Of a DNA stretch of 64,000 nucleotides, positions 1 to 7,986 are shown piece after piece (position 1 is the first letter of the stretch; each line of letters begins with the position of its first letter). The stretch lies in sequence record NC_054931.1; one strand, 5' to 3'. Origin of the DNA: Escherichia phage T2. The position numbers and the translations under genes are program-made. The notes below the pieces were generated by a model that was not told the DNA's origin, searched no databases, and was given only the letters and a program-made list of their open reading frames with translations.

Positions 1-331
1 CTTTCATTGACTCATTTTCAATATAAGACATGTAGCTATTATATTCCTTTAATTGTATTTTGTAATCCTTTTTTCTTTGCCAATTTATTTTAAAATTATC
101 ATAATGAAAATATAAAATGATACCAAAGAATGAAAACAATGAAATAATTTTAGTATAACAAAGCTCACTCCAAACTTCTGTTATATTTACTGTGCCGTCG
201 ATGTTTAAAATAAGACAGTCAATTAACAATCCAAAAAGACTACCCGCAAGAGCTGCAGCCAACGCCACAGCAAAAATTAAAAATGACTCAGAAAACGAAT
301 ATTTGACTTTATTTAGTTTTGGCTTTTGCAT
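1..331 (-). CDS. hypothetical small membrane protein, N-terminal part (gene runs off window start)
   Basis: ATG at 331 on minus strand opens a frame reaching position 1; translation MQKPKLNKVKYSFSESFLIFAVALAAALAGSLFGLL... has hydrophobic helices and a basic tail; not in ORF track because incomplete. Confidence 0.4.
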   Translation of the reverse strand, partial: MQKPKLNKVKYSFSESFLIFAVALAAALAGSLFGLLIDCLILNIDGTVNITEVWSELCYTKIISLFSFFGIILYFHYDNFKINWQRKKDYKIQLKEYNSYMSYIENESMK

Positions 332-726
332 CGTGATTCCTTAACAAATTTCATAATTTCATTAAATTCATACTCAGCTAGTTTAAGCTGGTGTTCCTTT
401 TTAATCTTTTTACAATGAGCTTTCCAATCGTGTACACGTTTACGATAATGTCTTCCTTGATACCAGTATCCTACCCAATTTACAGGTACTAATAAAAATG
501 GAACTACCAATGGAAGAGTTAGCATTAACATAATTATTACGCCAGATTCAATATCAGTCATAACATCTAAAACACCTCCAATAATCAATAGAATTACAAA
601 TGATATGAGTATCACAGGACCTATTAATACGTCAGTAGGAATTATCTGGCGCTTTAATTCATACTTCAAAGGTTTACTTGGAAGGTATAGTGATGGCTTT
701 GACATATTCTCTACATTCCTTAACAA
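313..726 (-). CDS. hypothetical membrane protein (two predicted TM helices, basic C-terminus)
   Basis: 137-aa track ORF; hydrophobic stretches VILISFVILLIIGGVL and VIIMLMLTLPLVVPFLLV; true start may be the internal Met (MSKPSLY). Confidence 0.5.
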   Translation of the reverse strand: MLRNVENMSKPSLYLPSKPLKYELKRQIIPTDVLIGPVILISFVILLIIGGVLDVMTDIESGVIIMLMLTLPLVVPFLLVPVNWVGYWYQGRHYRKRVHDWKAHCKKIKKEHQLKLAEYEFNEIMKFVKESRCKSQN

Positions 727-1282
727 ATTTTTCTAGTAATAAATCACTTTCAAAATTAGGATTTTTCACTAATTTATCAAAAAGACCATCAACAATAGTT
801 AAAATATTCTTTTTGCTAAGAATACGTTTATTTTCATGCTTCGTTTCAGAGTCAACTATAAGAGTAAAGAAATATTTCTTTCCCTGAAATTTTACCGTAG
901 TATCAATATAAAATAAATTTGACTTTTGTAAGTTACGTTTAAACCATGCGTCACTTAAACTATAAACACCGAGATAATCAAAATCGTCGTTTAAATAACA
1001 AACTGACCATTCAGGAGAAATGAAATCAGTAAATTCAACATCAAAATCACATGTCAATAAATGAATTGATTCAATATTGTTAATAAGTATTCCAGGACGT
1101 ATTAAAGACTTTTTACCTCTGGAAAATCTTCCAGAAAGACTTTCATCAGTTTCATATGAAGAACCCCAATAATAATTACGTCCTTCTGCCATACGTTTAA
1201 GAGCATTTAGTAATTGGTCTGGAACATCAACCTGTCTTTGGAACTCTTCAAACATTGAATTGAAATCACTTTGCATTTTCAT
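674..1282 (-). CDS. hypothetical protein, 202 aa
   Basis: Complete track ORF in early-gene orientation; no motif recognised by eye. Confidence 0.5.
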   Translation of the reverse strand: MKMQSDFNSMFEEFQRQVDVPDQLLNALKRMAEGRNYYWGSSYETDESLSGRFSRGKKSLIRPGILINNIESIHLLTCDFDVEFTDFISPEWSVCYLNDDFDYLGVYSLSDAWFKRNLQKSNLFYIDTTVKFQGKKYFFTLIVDSETKHENKRILSKKNILTIVDGLFDKLVKNPNFESDLLLEKFVKECREYVKAITIPSK

Positions 1283-1304
1283 TCCTATTTACTCCAAGTA
1301 ATAG

Positions 1305-1330
1305 GGGGCCGAAGCCCCTTATCATTATTT
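1305..1330. terminator. GC tetraloop hairpin GGGGC-CGAA-GCCCC with flanking T-rich tract
   Basis: Perfect 5-bp stem with CGAA loop at 1305-1318; same hairpin type recurs at other gene junctions in the window. Confidence 0.45.
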
Positions 1331-1918
1331 CAGAGAATTAATATATTCCTGAACATCGGCAGAGGTAGTTTCAACCCCAGAAATATTGCCATTAAAGGTT
1401 TCAACTCGAGCAAGAGTATCTTCAATATCAACCTTAGTCAGTGCTGCAATTTCAACTACATCATCAGCAGTACTAATTCCAAGGGCATTTGCTGCACGAG
1501 TTTCACGGATATATTCCAATTTAACTGCAAGTTCTTGGCGAGCATCATCTAACTCAACTACTTTCTTAGCGATTTCAATTCGCATTTCAGCATAACCATC
1601 AGCTTTAGTAGTCAGCTGTTCAGCTGTTCGACGATATAGCAAACCGAGTTTAGCATGCATTGTTACATCTTGACCTTCGGAAAGAAGCTTGCGAATTTCA
1701 CGCTCTTTTGATTCAGCCTGTTTATTCTTTTCAACAATAAGTTCACGAATACGTTTTTCTTCATTAATAGATTTAACAGAAGCAGTTTTTAGGTCTTTAA
1801 TTTTATCAAGCAGTTTTGCTGCTGCGGCAGTATACTGTTCTTCAACAGATAGATTTTTAGCCATAGCAGAACCAAGTTTAGTGCGAATAAACTCAACAAT
1901 TTTCTTCAGTGTGTTCAT
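1325..1918 (-). CDS. hypothetical alpha-helical coiled-coil protein (remote PspA/IM30-like appearance, unverified)
   Basis: 197-aa ORF; heptad-like charged/hydrophobic periodicity throughout, N-terminal amphipathic segment. Confidence 0.55.
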
Positions 1919-1961
1919 AGTATTTCCTTAGGTTAATTAAGATTTAAAATCCATGAGAGTA

Positions 1962-2138
1962 TTATACTCCGGATAGTTTGTAAACTATTTCAACATCGCC
2001 TTTTGCTGCTTTATAACCTTCAGCCCAAGATACAACCGAGTTTTTATCTGAAGATTCAAATTCTGGCATTGGGCTTTCGCCAATGTTCACGCAATATGTT
2101 TCTTCATTTTCGTCGAACCAAATAATTAAAGTAGTCAT
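1962..2138 (-). CDS. hypothetical small protein, 58 aa
   Basis: ATG at 2138 preceded by GGAGAAAT Shine-Dalgarno; translation MTTLIIWFDENEETYCVNIG...; below track size cutoff. Confidence 0.35.
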   Translation of the reverse strand: MTTLIIWFDENEETYCVNIGESPMPEFESSDKNSVVSWAEGYKAAKGDVEIVYKLSGV

Positions 2139-2207
2139 TTATTTCTCCGTTTCTGTATTTGTTTTTGATAAGTCTATAATAACACCGTCCTTGGTGTTTG
2201 TACACAA

Positions 2208-2483
2208 TTATTTCATATTATTGAAATATTCTTCTGCGATTTCGTCGTTATCATGGTAAACTTTAGAAGACAGTTTAACATAACCTTCAGCAGTGAACAT
2301 GTTAATCACGACCTTTACAGTATACCACTGACCATCTTCATTACCCATTACTGCGTAAGTTTCAAACATCGGATGGTCAGGACCGATAACTTTAATATCA
2401 TTCACTGTACGACCGAAATCTTCTGAAACACATTTCATAAAGAAGTTGAACAGTTCACCGTAATTATCCATTTTATTCTCCAA
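2208..2483 (-). CDS. hypothetical protein, 91 aa
   Basis: Track ORF; GGAGAATAAAATG ribosome-binding context; sits directly downstream of an early promoter. Confidence 0.5.
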   Translation of the reverse strand: MENKMDNYGELFNFFMKCVSEDFGRTVNDIKVIGPDHPMFETYAVMGNEDGQWYTVKVVINMFTAEGYVKLSSKVYHDNDEIAEEYFNNMK

Positions 2484-2511
2484 GTTGTTTTCTGTATCAG
2501 TAGTTGATAGT

Positions 2512-2546
2512 TGTATAGTACCATGGAAGAACAGGGATGTAAACAG
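2512..2546 (-). promoter_or_regulatory. T4-type early promoter (-35 GTTTAC, -10 TACTAT)
   Basis: Minus-strand GTTTAC at 2539-2544 with ~18-bp spacer to TACTAT; A-rich upstream; member of the repeated early-promoter family. Confidence 0.5.
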
Positions 2547-2682
2547 TTTTGTGAAAAAATTTTTAAAAAGTTTTAGGGAATTCTAGGGCGGGGAGGGGCA
2601 ATTAAAAGATAGGATAATATATTATAAAGGGTATAAACTAAATGATGCCTAGAGAGGTCTGGAAAGGCCTAGATACCAAAAA

Positions 2683-2715
2683 GCCCCAACCTTTCGGTCG
2701 GGGCTAAGCCTTGCG
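2683..2715 (-). terminator. rho-independent terminator at the end of the tRNA/stable-RNA operon
   Basis: Minus-strand hairpin AGCCCCGACC-GAAA-GGTTGGGGCT followed by TTTT. Confidence 0.6.
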
Positions 2716-2758
2716 GCAACCTTGTCGGGGTTCCACCTGCTAAGGCAAGTGTTTGTAC

Positions 2759-2913
2759 GAAACGCCGGGATTTGAACCCGGTTATTAAGTAGTTGACGCT
2801 ACTCAATATTTTTAAAAGGCCATATCTCGACCATATCCGAACGTTCCGTCAAAAACGCTACTCGGCTTACAGCAAAGATATTTCCTCGAATCGATAATTC
2901 GGTGCGCCGTTTC
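2759..2913 (-). ncRNA. tRNA-like structured stable RNA (candidate counterpart of T4 species 1/2 RNA, rnaC/rnaD)
   Basis: ~155 nt with no ORF; 5-prime and 3-prime ends pair as an acceptor-like stem (GAAACG/CGTTTC); T-arm-like CCGGG-TTCAAAT-CCCGG at the 3-prime end; lies inside the tRNA operon. Confidence 0.35.
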
Positions 2914-3011
2914 TGCTGTGATAGTAAAGAGCCAGAACACAGTAAAACTGTGGGAGGAACTATACTCCAGGGAACATCAGTCCGACGACTTACCGGTAGC
3001 GACCCGGTTTC

Positions 3012-3362
3012 TTAATATTCTTTTAAAGCATCAATCTGTTCACGGCGTTTACGCCATAAATCAATTGCTTCATACGCGGATTCAGCATTTCGAATTAGCC
3101 GGCATTTATGTAAAGACTTGTGATTTTGGTATTGTGTAGATAATGGAATTTTATCTAAAAGGTCTTTACGTTCAAAGTATTCGTAACCATCTAAACCAAA
3201 TGAACGATTTTTGAGAAATTGCCAATGCCTAAATTCGTTTTCGACATAAACATAGTCTGCATGCTGATAAAGCAAATTAATTACACGTTCAGAAATAACA
3301 GTGTCATTATGATTAAAATAGAATGTTAAATCATGAACGACTAAATAAACATTACCTTTCAT
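3012..3362 (-). CDS. hypothetical protein, 116 aa, within the tRNA operon
   Basis: Track ORF between tRNA-Arg and the stable RNA. Confidence 0.45.
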   Translation of the reverse strand: MKGNVYLVVHDLTFYFNHNDTVISERVINLLYQHADYVYVENEFRHWQFLKNRSFGLDGYEYFERKDLLDKIPLSTQYQNHKSLHKCRLIRNAESAYEAIDLWRKRREQIDALKEY

Positions 3363-3370
3363 ATTTTCCT

Positions 3371-3446
3371 CACTTATAATTGGTCGAGGCAGTAGGGATC
3401 GAACCTACGACCCAGGACTTAGAAGGTCCTTGCTCTTCCTTCTGAG
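3371..3446 (-). tRNA. tRNA-Arg (anticodon TCT)
   Basis: Hand-folded cloverleaf; 7-bp acceptor CGAGGCA/TGCCTCG; anticodon loop CTTCTAA; encoded CCA. Confidence 0.8.
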
Positions 3447-3450
3447 CTAT

Positions 3451-3525
3451 GCCTCGTATTTGGCGGACGTGATAGGATTCGAACCTATAACCAATCGCTT
3501 AACAGGCGATCGCTCTGCCATTGAG
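3451..3525 (-). tRNA. tRNA-Asn (anticodon GTT)
   Basis: Hand-folded cloverleaf with all four arms; anticodon loop CTGTTAA; T-loop TTCGAAT; encoded CCA. Confidence 0.7.
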
Positions 3526-3529
3526 CTAC

Positions 3530-3616
3530 ACATCCAAATTGGTGGGGAGTGATGGAGTCGAACCACCCGAGTCGCAATGACAATGAATTTACAGTCCACA
3601 CCGCTACCTCTACGGG
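3530..3616 (-). tRNA. tRNA-Tyr (anticodon GTA), long variable arm
   Basis: 87 nt; acceptor GGGGAGT/ACTCCCC; anticodon loop CTGTAAA; overall layout parallels E. coli tRNA-Tyr; encoded CCA. Confidence 0.65.
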
Positions 3617-3626
3617 ATAACTCCCC

Positions 3627-3701
3627 CAAATTAATTTGGTGGCCCTGGGTGGAATTGAACCACCATCTGGCGATTATGAGTCGCTTGCTTGAACCTTCCA
3701 G
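3627..3701 (-). tRNA. tRNA with CAT anticodon (elongator Met or lysidine-type Ile)
   Basis: Cloverleaf with acceptor GGCCCTG/CAGGGCC; anticodon loop CTCATAA; encoded CCA. Confidence 0.7.
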
Positions 3702-3719
3702 CTACAGGGCCAAATTTTC

Positions 3720-4124
3720 TTATTTTATGTAATATTTATTTAAAAACTTTCTAGCTTGAGTATGGCTAACATTTATAGCGTTTGCATAATTTTTAATAAA
3801 ACCTCGTTCATCCATATTAAAATTTTCTAATATTTTTAATCGTCTAGTTATCTCATCTTTGCTTAAGGTACTTGCATTATTTTTAGAAATTTTTTCTAAG
3901 GACTGTGCCGAGTGTTTTCGACCATTAAAATTAAAATTTTTAGATTTTGGAGGAAATCTATCATTTAGTCTCGCATCTTTTGTATTTTGATTATTAGTTG
4001 CGCAATATATGTTATTTAATGAATATGGTCCTTTATCACCGAAACGGCACATGCAGTATTCATGACCCTTTCTTCCACGCTTATCATATTTTCCCGTTGA
4101 TTTCCACCAATAGCCATTCATCAA
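3720..4124 (-). CDS. putative free-standing HNH-type endonuclease-like protein with C-terminal HTH-like tail
   Basis: 134-aa ORF in the gap between the two tRNA subclusters; N-terminal His/Cys/Asn-rich segment (GHEYCMCRFG...NNIYCATNNQN) resembles an HNH-type fold; C-terminal NYANAINVSHTQARKFL resembles a helix-turn-helix. Confidence 0.4.
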   Translation of the reverse strand: MMNGYWWKSTGKYDKRGRKGHEYCMCRFGDKGPYSLNNIYCATNNQNTKDARLNDRFPPKSKNFNFNGRKHSAQSLEKISKNNASTLSKDEITRRLKILENFNMDERGFIKNYANAINVSHTQARKFLNKYYIK

Positions 4125-4245
4125 AAGTTAAATTCCATTCAATGTTTCTACGTATAGCAGAATTCCGCTGAGAAATATTTTGCATAATCTTCTTTCATCA
4201 CAAATTTCTCTACTTATTCAATACACCGAGCTAAATCAGCAAAAC

Positions 4246-4335
4246 TGGCGGAGGCGATAGGATTTGAACCTATGAGTCGCCGGAGCGACTGCCGGTTTTC
4301 AAGACCGGTGCATTAAACCACTCTGCCACGCCTCC
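4246..4335 (-). tRNA. tRNA-Ser (anticodon TGA), long variable arm
   Basis: Sequence matches recalled T4 tRNA-Ser; anticodon loop CTTGAAA; directly abuts tRNA-Pro (Pro-Ser dimeric precursor as in T4). Confidence 0.85.
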
Positions 4336-4337
4336 AG

Positions 4338-4411
4338 TCTCCATACAAGGATTTGAACCTTGGACCTCCTGATCCCAAATCAGGCGCTCTACCAAACTGA
4401 GCTACACGGAG
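4338..4411 (-). tRNA. tRNA-Pro (anticodon TGG)
   Basis: Cloverleaf; anticodon loop TTTGGGA; CCA not encoded. Confidence 0.8.
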
Positions 4412-4421
4412 TAAATTAAAT

Positions 4422-4495
<74 letters not shown>

Positions 4496-4500
4496 AAATT

Positions 4501-4587
4501 TGGTGCGAGAAGTGGGACTCGAACCCACAAGGAAATCATTCCGCAGCATTTTAAGTGCTGTGCCTTTACCAATTTGACCATTCTCGC
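4501..4587 (-). tRNA. tRNA-Leu (anticodon TAA), long variable arm
   Basis: Matches recalled T4 tRNA-Leu (GCGAGAATGGTCAAATTGGTAAAGGCACAGCACTTAAAATGCTGCGG...); abuts tRNA-Gln. Confidence 0.9.
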
Positions 4588-4588
4588 G

Positions 4589-4661
4589 CTGGGAATAAAG
4601 GACTCGAACCTTTGCATCTAGCAGTCAAAGTTCTATGCCTTACCAACTTGGCTAATTCCCA
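4589..4661 (-). tRNA. tRNA-Gln (anticodon TTG)
   Basis: Cloverleaf; anticodon loop CTTTGAC; CCA not encoded; first gene of subcluster I. Confidence 0.8.
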
Positions 4662-4747
4662 ATTATTAACAAAGGCTCTCAAATAAGAACCCTTGATGAT
4701 AGAGGGTATTAATCAATGCGATATGAGTTAATAATAACAAATATTTC

Positions 4748-5263
4748 TTAAAGCAAATCAACCATTTTAACAGTCGGCAAAACAATTTCTTCTTCGATAT
4801 AAGCAAATTCTACATGTTCAACTACACGCAAGAAATCATATTCATAGTATTCAGAAGCATGACCAAGAATATCAATGAGGCCTTCAAATATCTTATTACC
4901 ATTCACAAAGAATAAGTCAAATACACGTTCTTCATCTTCTTCGGATTTATTACCAAGGTCAACTTCTATATCAAAGACCTTTTTAATGAATTCTGGATAA
5001 AGTTGGTCTGAGAACAGTCCTTCAACCAAATATTCATATATAAAAAGCTCTTGCTCGCTGAACAACCCATTACCACAATAACGGTCAGCTTTAGTGCTAG
5101 AATGACGACTCTTAAACTTCTTCAAAAGATATTTAAATTGTTGGAGCTCATGCTCTTCTACGCCAAACAGTGTTTTGGTTTTATAGTTATCACCATCATT
5201 TTCCCAGGTAGTGACATCAATTACGTAACCCTTAGGAATTGTGCTGCCTAAACGAATATACAT
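4748..5263 (-). CDS. hypothetical early protein, 171 aa, acidic
   Basis: Track ORF; third gene of a short early cassette. Confidence 0.5.
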   Translation of the reverse strand: MYIRLGSTIPKGYVIDVTTWENDGDNYKTKTLFGVEEHELQQFKYLLKKFKSRHSSTKADRYCGNGLFSEQELFIYEYLVEGLFSDQLYPEFIKKVFDIEVDLGNKSEEDEERVFDLFFVNGNKIFEGLIDILGHASEYYEYDFLRVVEHVEFAYIEEEIVLPTVKMVDLL

Positions 5264-5553
5264 TTGTTCACCATATTAATGTAAGTATATTTAATACATT
5301 CAAGACCCAAAGGATTCTTGAAAATATCATATTCAAGAGGACCTTTTTCTGTTTCAATAAAGAAATCAAAATTTACTGTATTAAATTTACGGTCTTCCTT
5401 CACTAATTTAACTTGAGAAGATGAACGGTCAATGTAAACCTTTTCAACTTCAAAACATGTTAAAATGCCATAATCATCAATCAAGGCTTTAGCCGCATCT
5501 TGATCATATTTATATCCATTTTCAACGGACGATACTTTCGCATAAAGAATCAT
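5248..5553 (-). CDS. hypothetical early protein, 101 aa
   Basis: Track ORF; overlaps downstream gene by 16 nt (coupling). Confidence 0.5.
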   Translation of the reverse strand: MILYAKVSSVENGYKYDQDAAKALIDDYGILTCFEVEKVYIDRSSSQVKLVKEDRKFNTVNFDFFIETEKGPLEYDIFKNPLGLECIKYTYINMVNKCIFV

Positions 5554-5555
5554 TA

Positions 5556-5738
5556 TTAACCTTTAGAAATTTTATCCATAACGATAGCGATTAAACCAAT
5601 TAAAAATGCTACTACAAGTGAAAACACATTTTCTGCTGTAGTCAATAATCCGCATATAAATCCAACAAACATTGAAAAACTAAAAGCGGAAGCAGAAATT
5701 GCAATAGCAACATTTCGAATTAATTCACAACGTTTCAT
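5556..5738 (-). CDS. hypothetical small membrane protein, 60 aa (two hydrophobic helices)
   Basis: Track ORF; AIAISASAFSFSMFVGFICGLL and VFSLVVAFLIGLIAIV; first gene after an early promoter; GAGGAGAATAAAATG context. Confidence 0.5.
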   Translation of the reverse strand: MKRCELIRNVAIAISASAFSFSMFVGFICGLLTTAENVFSLVVAFLIGLIAIVMDKISKG

Positions 5739-5757
5739 TTTATTCTCCTCAGTAGTT

Positions 5758-5800
5758 GATAGGGTAATAATATCACCACCCTATCTAAAAGTAAACAGTT
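5758..5800 (-). promoter_or_regulatory. early promoter with overlapping stem-loop (PeSL-like cassette)
   Basis: Minus strand GTTTAC (5791-5796), 18-bp spacer, TATTAT; inverted repeat GATAGGG...CCCTATC (5758-5785) spans the -10 region. Confidence 0.5.
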
Positions 5801-5806
5801 TATAAA

Positions 5807-6115
5807 CTATTTTATTCCGCGTGATGCAATTGTATTCTGCCGTTTAGCACCAGTTTGTTTAAAGTCATGATTGTCGATTTGATCGGTACGAGCAACTCCG
5901 AATGATGATTTGATCTTAGCTTTAGATCCTTTAGTTATAGAAATAAACATCTCGGAAGCCCCTTTCTTAAAGTCCGAGGCGATTACTTCAACGCCGTTCT
6001 TAGCAAGTGACTTCAGAATTGCCTCTGCATACTCATCGTCAAGACTCGTCTGAGTATTAATAACGAATGTCTTTGGCGCAGCCGCTTCATTGATAAATTC
6101 TTTAAATGTTTTCAT
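5807..6115 (-). CDS. internal (head-packaged) protein with capsid targeting sequence
   Basis: 102 aa; N-terminus MKTFKEFINE-A matches T4 CTS consensus MKT(Y/F)(Q/K)EF plus I-x-E prohead protease cleavage motif; located in the IP locus next to 57B. Confidence 0.65.
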   Translation of the reverse strand: MKTFKEFINEAAAPKTFVINTQTSLDDEYAEAILKSLAKNGVEVIASDFKKGASEMFISITKGSKAKIKSSFGVARTDQIDNHDFKQTGAKRQNTIASRGIK

Positions 6116-6129
6116 TTTATTTTCCTAAT

Positions 6130-6165
6130 TAATTTTGATGAGGTAATAGTATCACAACTAAAACC
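6130..6165 (-). promoter_or_regulatory. T4-type early promoter (repeat copy)
   Basis: Minus strand GTTTAC (6159-6164), 18-bp spacer, TACTAT; ~70-bp cassette nearly identical to 6443-6514. Confidence 0.5.
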
Positions 6166-6187
6166 CTATGTAAACAACTTTGTGAAA

Positions 6188-6442
6188 TTATTTTAAATCT
6201 TCTAATCGTTTCTTCATCTTAGAACCGTTCTTAGCGATTTCGCCTGCATCAGAGCATAATGCTAAAAGCGCTTTAACTTTAGTTTGGTCTCCTTTAAAAG
6301 ATGAAGGATCAACAGCAGCAAGTTCTTTAATACGAGAGAAAAGACGCTCAGCTTCAGCTAAAGCCATTCCAAGTTTTACTTCCATACCATGGGAAGATTC
6401 AGTAATAGTAGTTTTTGTAGCAAACTCTTTGAAAGTTTTCAT
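6188..6442 (-). CDS. internal (head-packaged) protein with capsid targeting sequence
   Basis: 84 aa; N-terminus MKTFKEFATKTTITE-S: CTS consensus plus I-T-E cleavage motif; body unrelated to the neighbouring IP gene. Confidence 0.65.
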   Translation of the reverse strand: MKTFKEFATKTTITESSHGMEVKLGMALAEAERLFSRIKELAAVDPSSFKGDQTKVKALLALCSDAGEIAKNGSKMKKRLEDLK

Positions 6443-6463
6443 TTTATTTTCCTAATTAATTTT

Positions 6464-6502
6464 GATGAGATAATAGTATCACTACCTCATCAGTATGTAA
6501 AC
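6464..6502 (-). promoter_or_regulatory. early promoter with overlapping stem-loop (PeSL-like cassette)
   Basis: Minus strand GTTTAC (6497-6502), spacer, TACTAT inside inverted repeat GATGAG...CTCATC (6464-6491). Confidence 0.5.
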
Positions 6503-6514
6503 AACTTTGTGAAA

Positions 6515-7211
<697 letters not shown>

Positions 7212-7212
<1 letters not shown>

Positions 7213-7937
7213 TATAGTACCTTTAGTGTATTTTTAATTTTAGAAAAAAGTTCTTCAATAGAACCATCGTTTGTAATTACTAAATCGCCATCACGAATTG
7301 GCAATCCAGCTTCTGTAATATGTGTATCATTGGATTTTTGACCAGGACGAACTACATGAATTACTGTAGCACCCATCGCCCTAGCCGCATCCATTTCATG
7401 ATCTTGACGGGTATCAGGAACGATATAATAATCATAACCTGAGTTAAATTTATCAAGATAATCTAAAGCAAATAATTTTACCCAGTACATGCGGTCGAAG
7501 TTATTAACAATCAAATCCGTACCTAGGGCTTGCATCAGACGACGGACTGACCATTGATCTTCAATATTATTTATAACGTCAGTAATCTTGTTAAATGCTA
7601 CGAAATTAACTGATTCTTTTCCTTCGTCATCAAAAACAAACACACCTTTAATTGGGCTTTTACCATTAAGATAGCAAAATGCTTGTTCCATAATCGTGAT
7701 TACTTCTAATTTAGTCAGATTTAAATTAGTCTCACGATCATAGTCAATTCCTTCAAACTCTTTACGAGTTAAGCAAGGATAGTCAGTGTTTGCTGCAAAT
7801 ACTCCCCATGCATAAGCCAATGCATCCTTAATAGGACCAGCAAGTTGGTATTTAACTGCAGAATAATTGCTCATGATAAAATCAGCAGTAGTATCTTTTC
7901 CACTACGCTTTACACCACTTAAAAAGATTAGTTTCAT
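7212..7937 (-). CDS. 1: deoxynucleoside monophosphate kinase
   Basis: 241 aa from MKLIFLSGVKRSGKDT (P-loop); same length as T4 gp1; track ORF extends 13 codons upstream. Confidence 0.9.
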
Positions 7938-7986
7938 GTGTTTCTCCTCAAATTTAATTAAGATTATAACACACAAAACTGAAGCA

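Noticed and set aside
2918-3139. 73-aa plus-strand ORF
   Set aside because: Overlaps the better-supported minus-strand 116-aa ORF and the stable-RNA region; the wrong orientation for this early transcription unit
3447-3629. 60-aa minus-strand ORF in the track
   Set aside because: Lies entirely over the tRNA-Asn and tRNA-Tyr genes; artefact of reading through structured RNA genes
6116-6514. Possible CRISPR-like array from the repeated ~70-bp elements
   Set aside because: Only two to five dispersed copies, each carrying promoter hexamers and preceding a gene start; no regular short repeat-spacer periodicity; these are promoter cassettes
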